64,000 bases of DNA from Sulfurospirillaceae bacterium (GTDB taxonomy: Bacteria > Campylobacterota > Campylobacteria > Campylobacterales > Sulfurospirillaceae), in the NCBI GenBank assembly GCA_033723415.1, contig JAWVXD010000003.1, positions 64,001-128,000 of the forward strand, given 5' to 3'. A program made the position numbers and the translations under genes. A model generated the notes under the pieces. It worked only from the letters and a program-made list of their open reading frames with translations, did not search any database and had not been told where the DNA came from. Numbering within the stretch: position 1 is the first letter of the stretch; each line of letters starts with the position of its first letter. Below, piece by piece: positions 11,562 to 21,547 of this stretch.

Positions 11562-11596
11562 ACCTTGCCGTTTTATCATGATAGATTCGGCAAGGT
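11562..11596. terminator. Hairpin downstream of glycine-zipper gene 2
   Basis: ACCTTGCCG...CGGCAAGGT, 9-bp GC-rich stem; no clear U tract. Confidence 0.45.
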
Positions 11597-11640
11597 CCTG
11601 ACTATTTGTAATGATCTAGAAAAGATCGTAGTTGGTCTTA

Positions 11641-12141
11641 TCAGTAAGAAACATTTATGATCAACCTTATATACTGAAGCGGTGAGTCACTGTATTTTAT
11701 AATAGTTTGATTTTTATATTTCGCTATATTTTTATAACCTATGAATTTTTCAGATGTTCCCTCTTTATATCTAGTGACACATCTTCTCTGATTTTGGTAT
11801 GTAGTCTGTGTATTTTGGTTTTCTGAGAGATTTTTACCTACCAATGTACCTATTATCGCTCCACCCACGGTTGCAGCAGTTTTCCCGCTACCTCCTCCTA
11901 CTTGATGTCCCAAAATTCCACCTGCAACACCGCCTATTAAAGCGCCGACATTGTCATTGCCGCTACTTGTACTGACAGGAACTTGTTCGTCCCAGCACTC
12001 TTGATATGGTGTTCTAACCGTTACTGTTCTATATTCTGGGGTACTTTTGATTACTCTTACGCTCTGCTCAAATGATAATGATTCTGCAAATAATGTGGCA
12101 GCTGACGCAAAGACTAAAGCAAAAATTAATAATTTTTTCAT
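11641..12141 (-). CDS. Glycine-zipper 2TM domain protein (YcfJ-like)
   Basis: Signal peptide, PYQECW, GALIGGVAGGILGHQVGGGSGKTAATVGGA, RRC. Confidence 0.85.
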   Translation of the reverse strand: MKKLLIFALVFASAATLFAESLSFEQSVRVIKSTPEYRTVTVRTPYQECWDEQVPVSTSSGNDNVGALIGGVAGGILGHQVGGGSGKTAATVGGAIIGTLVGKNLSENQNTQTTYQNQRRCVTRYKEGTSEKFIGYKNIAKYKNQTIIKYSDSPLQYIRLIINVSY

Positions 12142-12228
12142 ATTTTTCTCCTAAAAGTGAATTGTCATCTATAATTCTACTATATTTTTGTTAATAAACC
12201 TTTTATTCACGTAAACAATTAACGCCGT

Positions 12229-12963
12229 TCAAATAATCGCTAATTTGGCGATTATAGGATTGTGATCAGAAATGTTTTTACTGTTTAATACCTTTGCTTC
12301 TAATAGGTTAAATCCTCTATAAAAAATATGATCCAAATGCTGGGTGAAAAATTTTTTTCTATGTTTATCATCTTCAAAAATGATTTCTTTCAAAGATAAT
12401 TCGTTTGTCATTTCTCTTAAATACGCACTTCTTTTGCTATTCCAAGTGTTAAAATCTCCGGCTAAGATCATCGCCCCTTTATGGGATAGGATATTTGTTT
12501 TGATGTAATCAATTTCATTATAAAAATCACTGTTCTTTACAAAGTTTATAGCATGAACATGAACAATAAGAAGCTTTTGAGAATTATTGAGCTTATGTGT
12601 TGTTATAAGGGAACTCTTGTGAGTCAAATACCTAAATTCTCGTCTTTTACTTAAAAGTGCTAAGTTATCTTCGCAGTGAATTTTAAAGGCACTCAGAACG
12701 CCAAAAATATTCTTCTTTGTTTCCATATTCGGAGACAAAACATACGAATAATCACCGATCTTTATCTCTTTTGTAATGCTTTTCTTAAATTCTTGCAATA
12801 GTAAAATATCTATTTTTTCATCTTTTATGACTTTCTCTAAATAATTTATAAAGATACTGTCATTTGTCAATTTTGCAACATTCCAGCATAAAATTGTAAA
12901 TTCTTTTGCACAAGATATTTCTTGATTCTTTAAAAGTTTTATCTCAAGGTTAGGCTTCATCAT
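12229..12963 (-). CDS. Endonuclease/exonuclease/phosphatase family protein (YafD-like)
   Basis: WNV, LLQE, HAINF, AGDFNTW, LDHIFYRG, SDHNP. Confidence 0.88.
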   Translation of the reverse strand: MMKPNLEIKLLKNQEISCAKEFTILCWNVAKLTNDSIFINYLEKVIKDEKIDILLLQEFKKSITKEIKIGDYSYVLSPNMETKKNIFGVLSAFKIHCEDNLALLSKRREFRYLTHKSSLITTHKLNNSQKLLIVHVHAINFVKNSDFYNEIDYIKTNILSHKGAMILAGDFNTWNSKRSAYLREMTNELSLKEIIFEDDKHRKKFFTQHLDHIFYRGFNLLEAKVLNSKNISDHNPIIAKLAII

Positions 12964-14348
12964 AACTGCGGCGCTACAATTCTCATAAGATTTTCTACGA
13001 TTTTCATCGCATATGATATTTCTTTTACGTCTCTTGAAGAATCAGCTAACAATTCGCTCATCCACTTTTCTATATCTTTTAAAACATCTTTTGAATAAAC
13101 AAATGTAGCTATTTCATAGTTTAAAAACAGGCTTCTATTGTCTAAGTTTACACTCCCTAACATAACACTTTCATAATCAAATAGTATGGCTTTTGCGTGA
13201 ATCATGACACCACTATGCATAGCAACTTCTATACCTGCTTCTTCTAGCTCATGTATGTAGGAATTCCTTGCTAGATCCACTACAAAATGATTTGATTCTT
13301 TTGGTGTGATCAGTTTGATATCGACTCCTTTGTGTTTGGCAATGATAAGTGCTTGTAGAATCGAGGTATCAGGAACAAAATACGGAGTCACGATCCAAAT
13401 ACGTTTTTTTGCACTATATATGGCACAAAGCAAGGCTTCATAAAGTACATCTTTTTCCATATCAGGACCGGAAGGAACTATCTGAATGGAAGTATTACCC
13501 TCACTATTTATTGGAGTATTTTTAAATTCTAGTTTTTCCCCTGAAGCATAAAACCAATCTGATGCAAAAATCTCAAAAAAAAGTTCTGCCGATCTTCCCT
13601 TGACTAAAAATAGCATATCCTTCCATCTCAATTTGTCAATATTGGGACCAAAATATTCACGGGAGATATTGATGCCTCCGCTGATGACTTGTTTGTTATC
13701 AAAAATATATATCTTTCTATGGTTTCTTAAGTTGATATAGTTACGAAAAGGCATCTGAAATATCGGCATGAAAAAATGGATTTGTATGCCTGCTTTTTTC
13801 ATCTCTCTTAAGTGATATGTCGAGAAATAAAGTTTCCATGATCCAAGGGTGTCAACGAGTATTTTGATCGTCACTCCTTCGTTCGCTTTTTTTATCAACT
13901 CATCTATGATTATTTTTGTTATTTCATCATATTTGAAAACATAAGTTGATAGAAAGATGGATTCTTTTGCACTCTTTATGCATTCTATAAATATTTCATA
14001 TGCTTTTATGGGGTCACTGTATAATTTAAAATATTCATTGTTACAAGTGTCAGCGATATTATAATTTCTTAAAATTTCACTTATAGGATTTAAGGTTTTA
14101 TGTTCATATTTATGTTTTTTTAGATGCATATTGGTTTTGGTATAACTTTTCTTATGTTTCCTAAAACCAAATATAAAGTAAAGTACGACTGCTATATAAG
14201 GCACTAAAATGATAAAGAGCAGCCAAGCTATCATACTCGCAGATGATCTTCTTCTATAGATCATATGTATGAATGTGAACATGATGAGTATCTCACCAAA
14301 AACTATTAAACTATGATATAAAATAATATGTGTTATATCTAAATCCAA
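12960..14348 (-). CDS. cls: Cardiolipin synthase (PLD superfamily)
   Basis: Two N-terminal TM helices and two HKD motifs (RNHRKIYIFD, HAKAILFD); TPYFVP, SGPD. Confidence 0.88.
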   Translation of the reverse strand: MDLDITHIILYHSLIVFGEILIMFTFIHMIYRRRSSASMIAWLLFIILVPYIAVVLYFIFGFRKHKKSYTKTNMHLKKHKYEHKTLNPISEILRNYNIADTCNNEYFKLYSDPIKAYEIFIECIKSAKESIFLSTYVFKYDEITKIIIDELIKKANEGVTIKILVDTLGSWKLYFSTYHLREMKKAGIQIHFFMPIFQMPFRNYINLRNHRKIYIFDNKQVISGGINISREYFGPNIDKLRWKDMLFLVKGRSAELFFEIFASDWFYASGEKLEFKNTPINSEGNTSIQIVPSGPDMEKDVLYEALLCAIYSAKKRIWIVTPYFVPDTSILQALIIAKHKGVDIKLITPKESNHFVVDLARNSYIHELEEAGIEVAMHSGVMIHAKAILFDYESVMLGSVNLDNRSLFLNYEIATFVYSKDVLKDIEKWMSELLADSSRDVKEISYAMKIVENLMRIVAPQL

Positions 14349-14433
14349 AAATACATCCTACGATTTTTTTATATTTTACACTTATTAAAAAGAAAATCTG
14401 ATAAAATTATAAAAAATATTGAGGAATAAGTTT

Positions 14434-15309
14434 TTGAAACATCTTATAAATTCACAAGACTTTACTTTAGAAGAGATAGATGAGCTTTTTATAAGAGCTA
14501 GAGAATTCTTGGATAATAAGCAAAGAGAGATCCTTAAAGGACGTATGATCATAACTATTTTCTTCGAAAATTCCACTAGGACAAGAAGTAGTTTTGAAAT
14601 TGCAGCTAAAAGATTAGGTGCAAGCGTAGTTAGTCTAGATGTATCTCATAGTTCGTCCAGCAAAGGTGAAACACTCTTTGATACGGCGGCAAATCTAGAT
14701 GCTATGGGACCGGATGCGATCGTAGTTAGACACAAAAGTGCCGGTGTTCCTCACATACTTTCAAAACATGTCTATTGTCCTATTATCAATGGAGGAGACG
14801 GCTCACATGCTCATCCGACACAGGCATTGCTTGATTTTTTTACCATAAGAGAACATTTTAATGATGATATCGTAGGTAAAAAGATAGCGATCGTAGGAGA
14901 TATAAAAAATTCCAGAGTAGCAAATAGTAACATTGAGTTATTGAGCAGGGCAGGTTTGGAAGTTATCTTGGTAGCGCCGCCGCATTTTTTGCCAAAAACA
15001 AATTTGAGAATATCTCATAGTATAAAAGATATAGTAGATGAGGTTGATATCATCATGAGTCTTAGAACTCAAACTGAGAGACATACAAATCAAATCTATG
15101 CATCCCTAAAGGATTATGCCGAAGATTTTTGTATAACACAAGAATTATTGGGAGATAGAGATATCTTGCTTTTACATCCAGGTCCTGTACATAGAAATGT
15201 AGATATTGATGACATCATGATGAAAGATCCAAGATGTAAAGTTTTGGAACAGGTAAAAAATGGAGTTGCCGTGAGAATGGCAGTTTTGGAAAAGCTGATA
15301 GATAGATAA
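14434..15309 (+). CDS. pyrB: Aspartate carbamoyltransferase catalytic subunit
   Basis: [27 protein letters not shown] at 14434 after GAGGA is preferred to the ORF-track start. Confidence 0.96.
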   Translation: MKHLINSQDFTLEEIDELFIRAREFLDNKQREILKGRMIITIFFENSTRTRSSFEIAAKRLGASVVSLDVSHSSSSKGETLFDTAANLDAMGPDAIVVRHKSAGVPHILSKHVYCPIINGGDGSHAHPTQALLDFFTIREHFNDDIVGKKIAIVGDIKNSRVANSNIELLSRAGLEVILVAPPHFLPKTNLRISHSIKDIVDEVDIIMSLRTQTERHTNQIYASLKDYAEDFCITQELLGDRDILLLHPGPVHRNVDIDDIMMKDPRCKVLEQVKNGVAVRMAVLEKLIDR

Positions 15310-15398
15310 GATATATTGCTACTATTCTGAAGCTGTAGTATAATTTTATTTTACAGATTAAAATTTTGTGTATGAGTAAGTATAAATAGGAGTATTTG

Positions 15399-15851
15399 AT
15401 GTTAAAAGAGATATTAGGTGAAGAAGAATATTGTGATATGATGAGAATTCACTTACAGGACATGATTGATTATCTTCTCTCTAGAGGTATCAATTTTTCT
15501 ATTTTACTGAATGTTGAAAATGTAAAATTTGACCCGCCTCTTCCTGATGAGATTGTAAATACTTTCAAGCCAATGACCATGTTCATCATAGCCGGTTATA
15601 CTTTTGAAAGTACTATCTTAGAAAGCGATAAACTTGTATTTGAAGCAGGCTTTGGACCAAATAATTTCGGTTCATTTGTAAGTGTGCCTCTTCTTTCAAT
15701 ATTGCAAATAATAGTAGAAGAAACACCGATTTTCATAAATTTAAGTATAACTTCAAAAGAACAAGAAATGAAACAAAAAGAAGTAGGGGTTAAAAAATCT
15801 ATGGAAGCTTTGCTTTCTAACCCCGAGAATAAAAAATTATTTAAAAAATAA
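15399..15851 (+). CDS. Conserved hypothetical protein
   Basis: AGGAG at 15388-15392; globular acidic ORF (GYTFES, FEAGFG). Confidence 0.75.
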   Translation: MLKEILGEEEYCDMMRIHLQDMIDYLLSRGINFSILLNVENVKFDPPLPDEIVNTFKPMTMFIIAGYTFESTILESDKLVFEAGFGPNNFGSFVSVPLLSILQIIVEETPIFINLSITSKEQEMKQKEVGVKKSMEALLSNPENKKLFKK

Positions 15852-16751
15852 TCATACTCTTTTTTTGTGCATCAAATAAGTGATTATAGAATCAATGACC
15901 GCATCATGTTTTCTATCTTTTAAATGTGCAATATAAAGTATTCTAGCTAGTTTATAGCCTTTGATTCTTGCACAGTGTAGTTGACCGCTTTCAAGCTCAT
16001 CTCTGATAATGTGTTTTGAGATGATTGATACTGTAGGTATATGATCTACTTCAGTTTTTAATATCATTTGTTTTACCGCAGTTGAACTCGTTACTATACT
16101 TTTCATATTGAATGATTTACAATCAATACCCATAGCATCAAATGCTTCTTGTACCAGCTTTCTAGTGTGTGAATTTTCTTCTCTACAAATCCAGCGGAAA
16201 GTATATAGTTCTTCAGGTTTGACAACCTTAGGAATAGGAGATTTACTTACTAAAAACAGTTCATCTTCCATCCACTCTCTGAAGATAATATCATCATTGA
16301 ACAATGGTGCCTCAAGTACGGCAAGATCAACTTTTTTGTCCAATAATTCTTCTGTAATATACTCTGAATCATCAACTTTCAACATGATTTCTCGTTTGAT
16401 CTCTTCTTGAAGTTTATTAAAAAAGTTTGGAAGGATGTAGTTTCCTATCATGAAAGAAGCACCTATGATAAAGGCAATATCTTTATCTATGAGTTTTATC
16501 ATCTCTTTTTCAGAGTTATTGATTGCTTTTTCAAGTTTGATTGCTATTTTGTGTAGTTCTTCACCTGTTTTTGTTAGTCTGATCCCATTTTTCTTTCTAT
16601 CTACTATTCGGTCTTCAATGTAATCTTCTAAAAGTTTTATTTGTTGAGTTACTGCCGGCTGGCTAATACCAAGCTTTTTAGAAGCTTTCGAAAAGCTCTT
16701 CTCTCTTACTACGGTTAAAAAAGTTTCAAGTTTTGTAAAATCTTTTAACAT
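15852..16751 (-). CDS. LysR family transcriptional regulator
   Basis: SFSKASKKLGISQPAVTQQIKLLE helix-turn-helix, then a substrate-binding domain. Confidence 0.93.
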   Translation of the reverse strand: MLKDFTKLETFLTVVREKSFSKASKKLGISQPAVTQQIKLLEDYIEDRIVDRKKNGIRLTKTGEELHKIAIKLEKAINNSEKEMIKLIDKDIAFIIGASFMIGNYILPNFFNKLQEEIKREIMLKVDDSEYITEELLDKKVDLAVLEAPLFNDDIIFREWMEDELFLVSKSPIPKVVKPEELYTFRWICREENSHTRKLVQEAFDAMGIDCKSFNMKSIVTSSTAVKQMILKTEVDHIPTVSIISKHIIRDELESGQLHCARIKGYKLARILYIAHLKDRKHDAVIDSIITYLMHKKRV

Positions 16752-16916
16752 ATATTCTCCTTAAATGATAACTATTATTTATTATTTTTTTAGATTATAA
16801 CTAAAATTGATGATATATACAATAGTTAAATATTAATAACTGATGATTTGTTTGTACGATTAGCTTTTTTTAGATATAATAAATACATACATATATAAAT
16901 ATAAAATTGGATAAAT

Positions 16917-18959
16917 ATGCAAGATATATTGAAAGAATTAAATAAAGAGCAGGAATCTGCAGCAACACACATTGATGGTCCTCTTCTTATTTTGGCAGGA
17001 GCCGGAAGCGGCAAGACAAAAACGATTACAACGAGAGTAGCTTATCTTATCTCACTTGGAATCGATCCTGCAAACATACTCACTCTCACATTTACAAATA
17101 AAGCGGCAAGTGAGATGAGAGATCGTGCACTTACTATGATAGGTCAAGTTAGATATCCTCCTATGCTTTGTACTTTCCATAAATTTGGACTTTTATTCTT
17201 AAAATTCAATATAAATAAGCTTGGAAGAAGCAATAATTTTGTCGTGATCGATACTGATGACAAAAAAAGGATTATAAAAAGTTTTGGTTCAGATCTTCCG
17301 ATTTCTCTTGTAGCCAGTGAGATATCACGTTATAAAAACTCACTAATTTCACCAAAAGATGTTTTCGATAAAGCAGAGCAAAAGAATTATAAAGCAATAG
17401 CAAAGTTATACGAGCAATACGAAAATTATATTTCCAGTAATAATTTAGTGGATTTTGATGATTTACTAGCACTTACATATAAGATCTTGGATACGGATGA
17501 GGAGCTTTGTGCGCAGACAAGTGAACGATACAAGTACATAATGGTAGATGAATACCAAGATACGAATGAACTACAATATAAACTTTTGAGAAAACTTTGC
17601 TCAAATCATGAAAATCTTTGTGTTGTCGGTGATGATGATCAAAGCATTTACGGTTGGAGAGGGGCAAATATAAAAAATATATTGGAGTTTCATAAATCGT
17701 TTGACGATGTGAAAATTACAAAGCTTGAGACAAACTACAGATCGACCAATCAGATACTAAAAGCTGCCAATGAACTTATCGATCACAATAGAGAGAGAAT
17801 AGGTAAAAAACTAGAAAGTGTTTTGGGAGATGGAAAAGATATTGAATTTATCGAATCACCGGATGAAAACTATGAATCTAAAAATATAGCCGCAAAGATT
17901 AAAAAACTTATAAACAGCGGAGTAGATCCAAAGAATATAGCAGTGCTTTATCGAATAAATGCTTTGAGTAGATCTTTGGAAGAGGGATTAAATAAAGAAG
18001 GCATCTCTTACAATATGGTCGGAGGCGTTAAGTTTTATGAGAGAACCGAGATTAAAGATCTAATCAGTTATCTCAGAATAATAACAAATGAAAATGATGA
18101 TTTTTCTATGAAAAGAGTTATCAACAAGCCAAAAAGAGGACTGGGAAAAGTCACTATAGATAAGTTATTTAGATTGGCATATGAAAATAAGATGTCTCTT
18201 TATGAGTATATTGTGACTCATGAAGATGAAGTGAAAAAGATCACAAGTGCTAAAAGTTTCATAGCCTTAGAAGAATTTATTCATAATATCCAAAAGTTAA
18301 AAGAGATAAGTACAAATAGTACGTATGATTTTATTTATGAGCTCGAAAATGCTATAAAGATACGAGAATATTACTCTATGATGCCAGATGCAATAGAGAG
18401 AGTATCAAATATAGATGAATTTTATGGTCTCTTTAGGGATTATATTAAACAAAATCCGGAAATGAGCGCTGAGGACTTTTTGAATGATTTGGCCTTACAA
18501 AGTGACCAAGATCATATAGATAACGAAAATATATCAATAATGAGCGTTCACGCAAGTAAAGGTTTGGAATTTGAATATCTTTTTGTTATTGGACTAGAAG
18601 AAGGATTTTTTCCTCTCATAGGCGATGGAAGCGATATAGAAGAAGAGAGAAGACTTGGCTATGTTGCGATAACTCGTGCAAAAAAAGAGTTGGTCCTAAG
18701 CTTTGTGAACAGTAGATTTTATAAGGGAAGAAGAACAGAGCTAAATAAAAGCAGATTTTTAAAAGAATCGGGTATCTGTAAAGGCAGTTTGGTGCTTGAG
18801 AGGACAACGTCTTTTAAAAAAGGCGATCTGGTCAAGCATAAGATATTTGGAATAGGGCGTATTTTTGAGATCAGCAAGGTAAAAAGAGAGTTTAAATTGA
18901 AGATAAATTTTAGCGGAACCAAAAGAGATATATTGGCTTCATTTATAGAAAAGATATGA
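16917..18959 (+). CDS. uvrD: UvrD/Rep/PcrA family DNA helicase
   Basis: LILAGAGSGKT, VDEYQDTN, VGDDDQSIYGWRGA, HASKGLEF, EEERRLGYVAITRAK. Confidence 0.93.
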   Translation: MQDILKELNKEQESAATHIDGPLLILAGAGSGKTKTITTRVAYLISLGIDPANILTLTFTNKAASEMRDRALTMIGQVRYPPMLCTFHKFGLLFLKFNINKLGRSNNFVVIDTDDKKRIIKSFGSDLPISLVASEISRYKNSLISPKDVFDKAEQKNYKAIAKLYEQYENYISSNNLVDFDDLLALTYKILDTDEELCAQTSERYKYIMVDEYQDTNELQYKLLRKLCSNHENLCVVGDDDQSIYGWRGANIKNILEFHKSFDDVKITKLETNYRSTNQILKAANELIDHNRERIGKKLESVLGDGKDIEFIESPDENYESKNIAAKIKKLINSGVDPKNIAVLYRINALSRSLEEGLNKEGISYNMVGGVKFYERTEIKDLISYLRIITNENDDFSMKRVINKPKRGLGKVTIDKLFRLAYENKMSLYEYIVTHEDEVKKITSAKSFIALEEFIHNIQKLKEISTNSTYDFIYELENAIKIREYYSMMPDAIERVSNIDEFYGLFRDYIKQNPEMSAEDFLNDLALQSDQDHIDNENISIMSVHASKGLEFEYLFVIGLEEGFFPLIGDGSDIEEERRLGYVAITRAKKELVLSFVNSRFYKGRRTELNKSRFLKESGICKGSLVLERTTSFKKGDLVKHKIFGIGRIFEISKVKREFKLKINFSGTKRDILASFIEKI

Positions 18960-19777
18960 ATAGACTTTTCGTTGCGTATAAGCCGGAAGGGATTTCTTCA
19001 AACTTTTTTTTAAAAAAGATAAAAAAGAAATACAAAGTAAAGAAAGCCGGTTTTTCAGGAACTCTTGACCCGTTTGCAGGTGGCGTTTTAATCATGGCGT
19101 TTGGACAATTTACAAAGTTATTTAGATTCTTAGATAAAGCTCCGAAAACATACAGAGCGACTCTCTGGATAGGTGCTGATAGTCCCACGTTAGATATTGA
19201 AAAGATACAAGAAGTCAAAGAACTTATGCCATTTGCTATGGATTCTATCGATCTTGTTGCAAAGAGTTTTATAGGAGATATAGAGTACTATCCACCTAAA
19301 TATAGCGCTAAAATGATAGATGGTAGAAGAGCTTATGAATTAGCAAGAAAAGATAGTGATTTTGAGCTCAAAAAGATCAAAAGTACGATTTACGATTTTA
19401 AGGTACTTCATTATTTTCATCCTTTTTTGACTTTTGAGATAAGTATCAGTGAAGGCGGATATATAAGAAGTATAGGACATATTTTTGCTAAAAAATTAGG
19501 ATTCGAAGGCTCTCTTAGCTCATTAACTAGACTTAGTGAGGGAAAATTTGTATATGAGAATGAAAAAGAATTGAATCCTCTGGATTTTATTAGTATTGAC
19601 GAAAACGTATATCTTGGCGATATGGAAGATATAGAGTTGGGAAGAAAATTAGATAAAAGTGCGTTTAAGAGACAAGAAAACGGTATCTACAAGATAGTAG
19701 ATAATAATCACTTGGCTCTCATTGAATTAAAAGATAATGAGGTTGAGTATGTATTAAATAAGGTAAAATTGTGTTAA
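18956..19777 (+). CDS. truB: tRNA pseudouridine(55) synthase
   Basis: GFSGTLDPFA, PPKYSAK, GGYIRS. Confidence 0.93.
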   Translation: MNRLFVAYKPEGISSNFFLKKIKKKYKVKKAGFSGTLDPFAGGVLIMAFGQFTKLFRFLDKAPKTYRATLWIGADSPTLDIEKIQEVKELMPFAMDSIDLVAKSFIGDIEYYPPKYSAKMIDGRRAYELARKDSDFELKKIKSTIYDFKVLHYFHPFLTFEISISEGGYIRSIGHIFAKKLGFEGSLSSLTRLSEGKFVYENEKELNPLDFISIDENVYLGDMEDIELGRKLDKSAFKRQENGIYKIVDNNHLALIELKDNEVEYVLNKVKLC

Positions 19778-20001
19778 TACTATCAAGGAAAGTAGGAGAA
19801 TCAATACTCCTAGACGATAAGATTTCCATAACAGTCGTAGAGGTTTCCAAAGGCATTGTAAGACTTGGGATAGATGCTCCAAAAGAAGTTTTGATTTTAA
19901 GAAAAGAGCTTGAAGAAGCAGTTAAAGAGAGCAATATAAAAGCTGTGCAAAATATCAATTTATCGGATCTTAGCTTACTAAGTCAGAAATTAAAAAAATG
20001 A
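19771..20001 (+). CDS. csrA: Carbon storage regulator CsrA
   Basis: MLILSRKVGESI...VRLGIDAPKEV.ILR.E; GTG start. Confidence 0.95.
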   Translation: MLILSRKVGESILLDDKISITVVEVSKGIVRLGIDAPKEVLILRKELEEAVKESNIKAVQNINLSDLSLLSQKLKK

Positions 20002-20777
20002 AATATAAAGCATATGCAAAAGTAAATATTTTTCTCAAGATCGTAGGAATACGAGGAAATTATCATGAGATAAAATCAAGATTTATGCTTGTTGCAAATC
20101 TATTTGACGAACTATCTTTTGTAAAAAAGAAAACAAAAGAGAAATTTGAACTTCATGGAGATTTTGGATGTGAACTGTCTAAAAATACAATATACAAGGC
20201 TTATATAGCACTTTGTGAAGCAGGATTTGCTAAAGAATTAGATAAATTATTTGATTCATATGCTGTTTCAGTGGAAAAAAACATACCTTCTTTTGCAGGA
20301 CTTGGCGGTGGGAGTAGTGATGCTGCTGCATTTATGCATATGATTGTCGATCATACGAATTTAGACTTAAACGATGAAGAACTTGCGAAGATAGGTCTCA
20401 AAGTCGGTGCAGATGTCCCATTTTTTATATACAATTTTAAAAGTGCAAATGTCAGCGGTATCGGAGAAATTGTAGAAAAATTTGAAGAAGTTCCTCTTGA
20501 ACTGGAAGTCTTTACACCTGATATAAAGTGCGATACGGCAGAAGTTTATAAGACATTTAGAGAAAATTGTACAATTGATTTAGAATTATCTGATAAAATG
20601 TTTAGAACAAAAAGCAAAGTTTTGTTGGAAACTTATAAAGATAAAGAACTTAATGATCTTTTGGGACCGGCTTTGCAGATAAGCAAAAAATTAGAAGACT
20701 ATAGAAGAAAAAATTGGTTTTTTAGCGGTAGCGGAAGTAGTTTTTTTAGATTAAAAGAAACGGATAAAAATGGGTGA
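19998..20777 (+). CDS. ispE: 4-diphosphocytidyl-2-C-methyl-D-erythritol kinase
   Basis: AKVNIFL, GLGGGSSDAA, GADVPFF, SGSGS. Confidence 0.95.
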   Translation: MKYKAYAKVNIFLKIVGIRGNYHEIKSRFMLVANLFDELSFVKKKTKEKFELHGDFGCELSKNTIYKAYIALCEAGFAKELDKLFDSYAVSVEKNIPSFAGLGGGSSDAAAFMHMIVDHTNLDLNDEELAKIGLKVGADVPFFIYNFKSANVSGIGEIVEKFEEVPLELEVFTPDIKCDTAEVYKTFRENCTIDLELSDKMFRTKSKVLLETYKDKELNDLLGPALQISKKLEDYRRKNWFFSGSGSSFFRLKETDKNG

Positions 20778-21225
20778 AACGATAGCAAGAAATAAAAAAG
20801 CATATCATGATTATGAGATATTAGAAAAATATGAAGCCGGAATTGAGCTAAAGGGCAGTGAAGTAAAAGCTATAAGATTAGGTAGAGTAAATCTCAAAGA
20901 TTCATTTGTGAAGATTATAAAAGGTGAGCCTTTCCTTTTTGGTATGCATGTTTCACATATGCAAAGTGTCAATATTCATTTTGCACCTGATGAACGAAGA
21001 GAGAGAAAACTTCTATTGCATAAAAGAGAGATTCAAAAGTTAGAGCAAAAAGTGAAAAAAGACGGTTTGACCATAGTCGCACTTAGCATCTATTTTAATT
21101 CAAAAAATCTTGCTAAGCTCCAGATTGCACTAGTGCGAGGGAAAGCACTGCATGACAAGAGAGAAGCTCTTAAAGAAAAAGATGCTAAAAGGGAAGCAGC
21201 CCGTGCTGTGAAAGATTTTGGATAG
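20770..21225 (+). CDS. smpB: SsrA-binding protein
   Basis: NKKAYHDY, EAGIELKGSEVK, RKLLLHK, HDKRE. Confidence 0.97.
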   Translation: MGETIARNKKAYHDYEILEKYEAGIELKGSEVKAIRLGRVNLKDSFVKIIKGEPFLFGMHVSHMQSVNIHFAPDERRERKLLLHKREIQKLEQKVKKDGLTIVALSIYFNSKNLAKLQIALVRGKALHDKREALKEKDAKREAARAVKDFG

Positions 21226-21234
21226 GATATAAAA

Positions 21235-21543
21235 ATGGCTAAAATGAATGAAGAATTTGAAAGTGACTTTGCAGAAAAATTAGAGATAAAAGAGCCAAAA
21301 TTATATAAGGTAAGATTGTTAAATGACGATTTTACAAGTATGGATTTTGTTATAATGGTTTTGATGGAGCTGTTTCATCTAAGCAGCAACAAAGCTGCTG
21401 CAATCATGTATAAGATTCACGAAGAAGGTTCAGCTGTTTGTGGAGTTTTCACTTATGAAATAGCTGAAACAAAAGTAGCTCAGGTTCATGCACTGGCAAA
21501 AGAACATAATTTTCCACTAAGAGCTACTATGGAAGAGGAGTAA
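21235..21543 (+). CDS. clpS: Clp protease adaptor
   Basis: LLNDDFTSMDFV, IAETK, FPL. Confidence 0.95.
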   Translation: MAKMNEEFESDFAEKLEIKEPKLYKVRLLNDDFTSMDFVIMVLMELFHLSSNKAAAIMYKIHEEGSAVCGVFTYEIAETKVAQVHALAKEHNFPLRATMEEE

Positions 21544-21547
21544 GACA

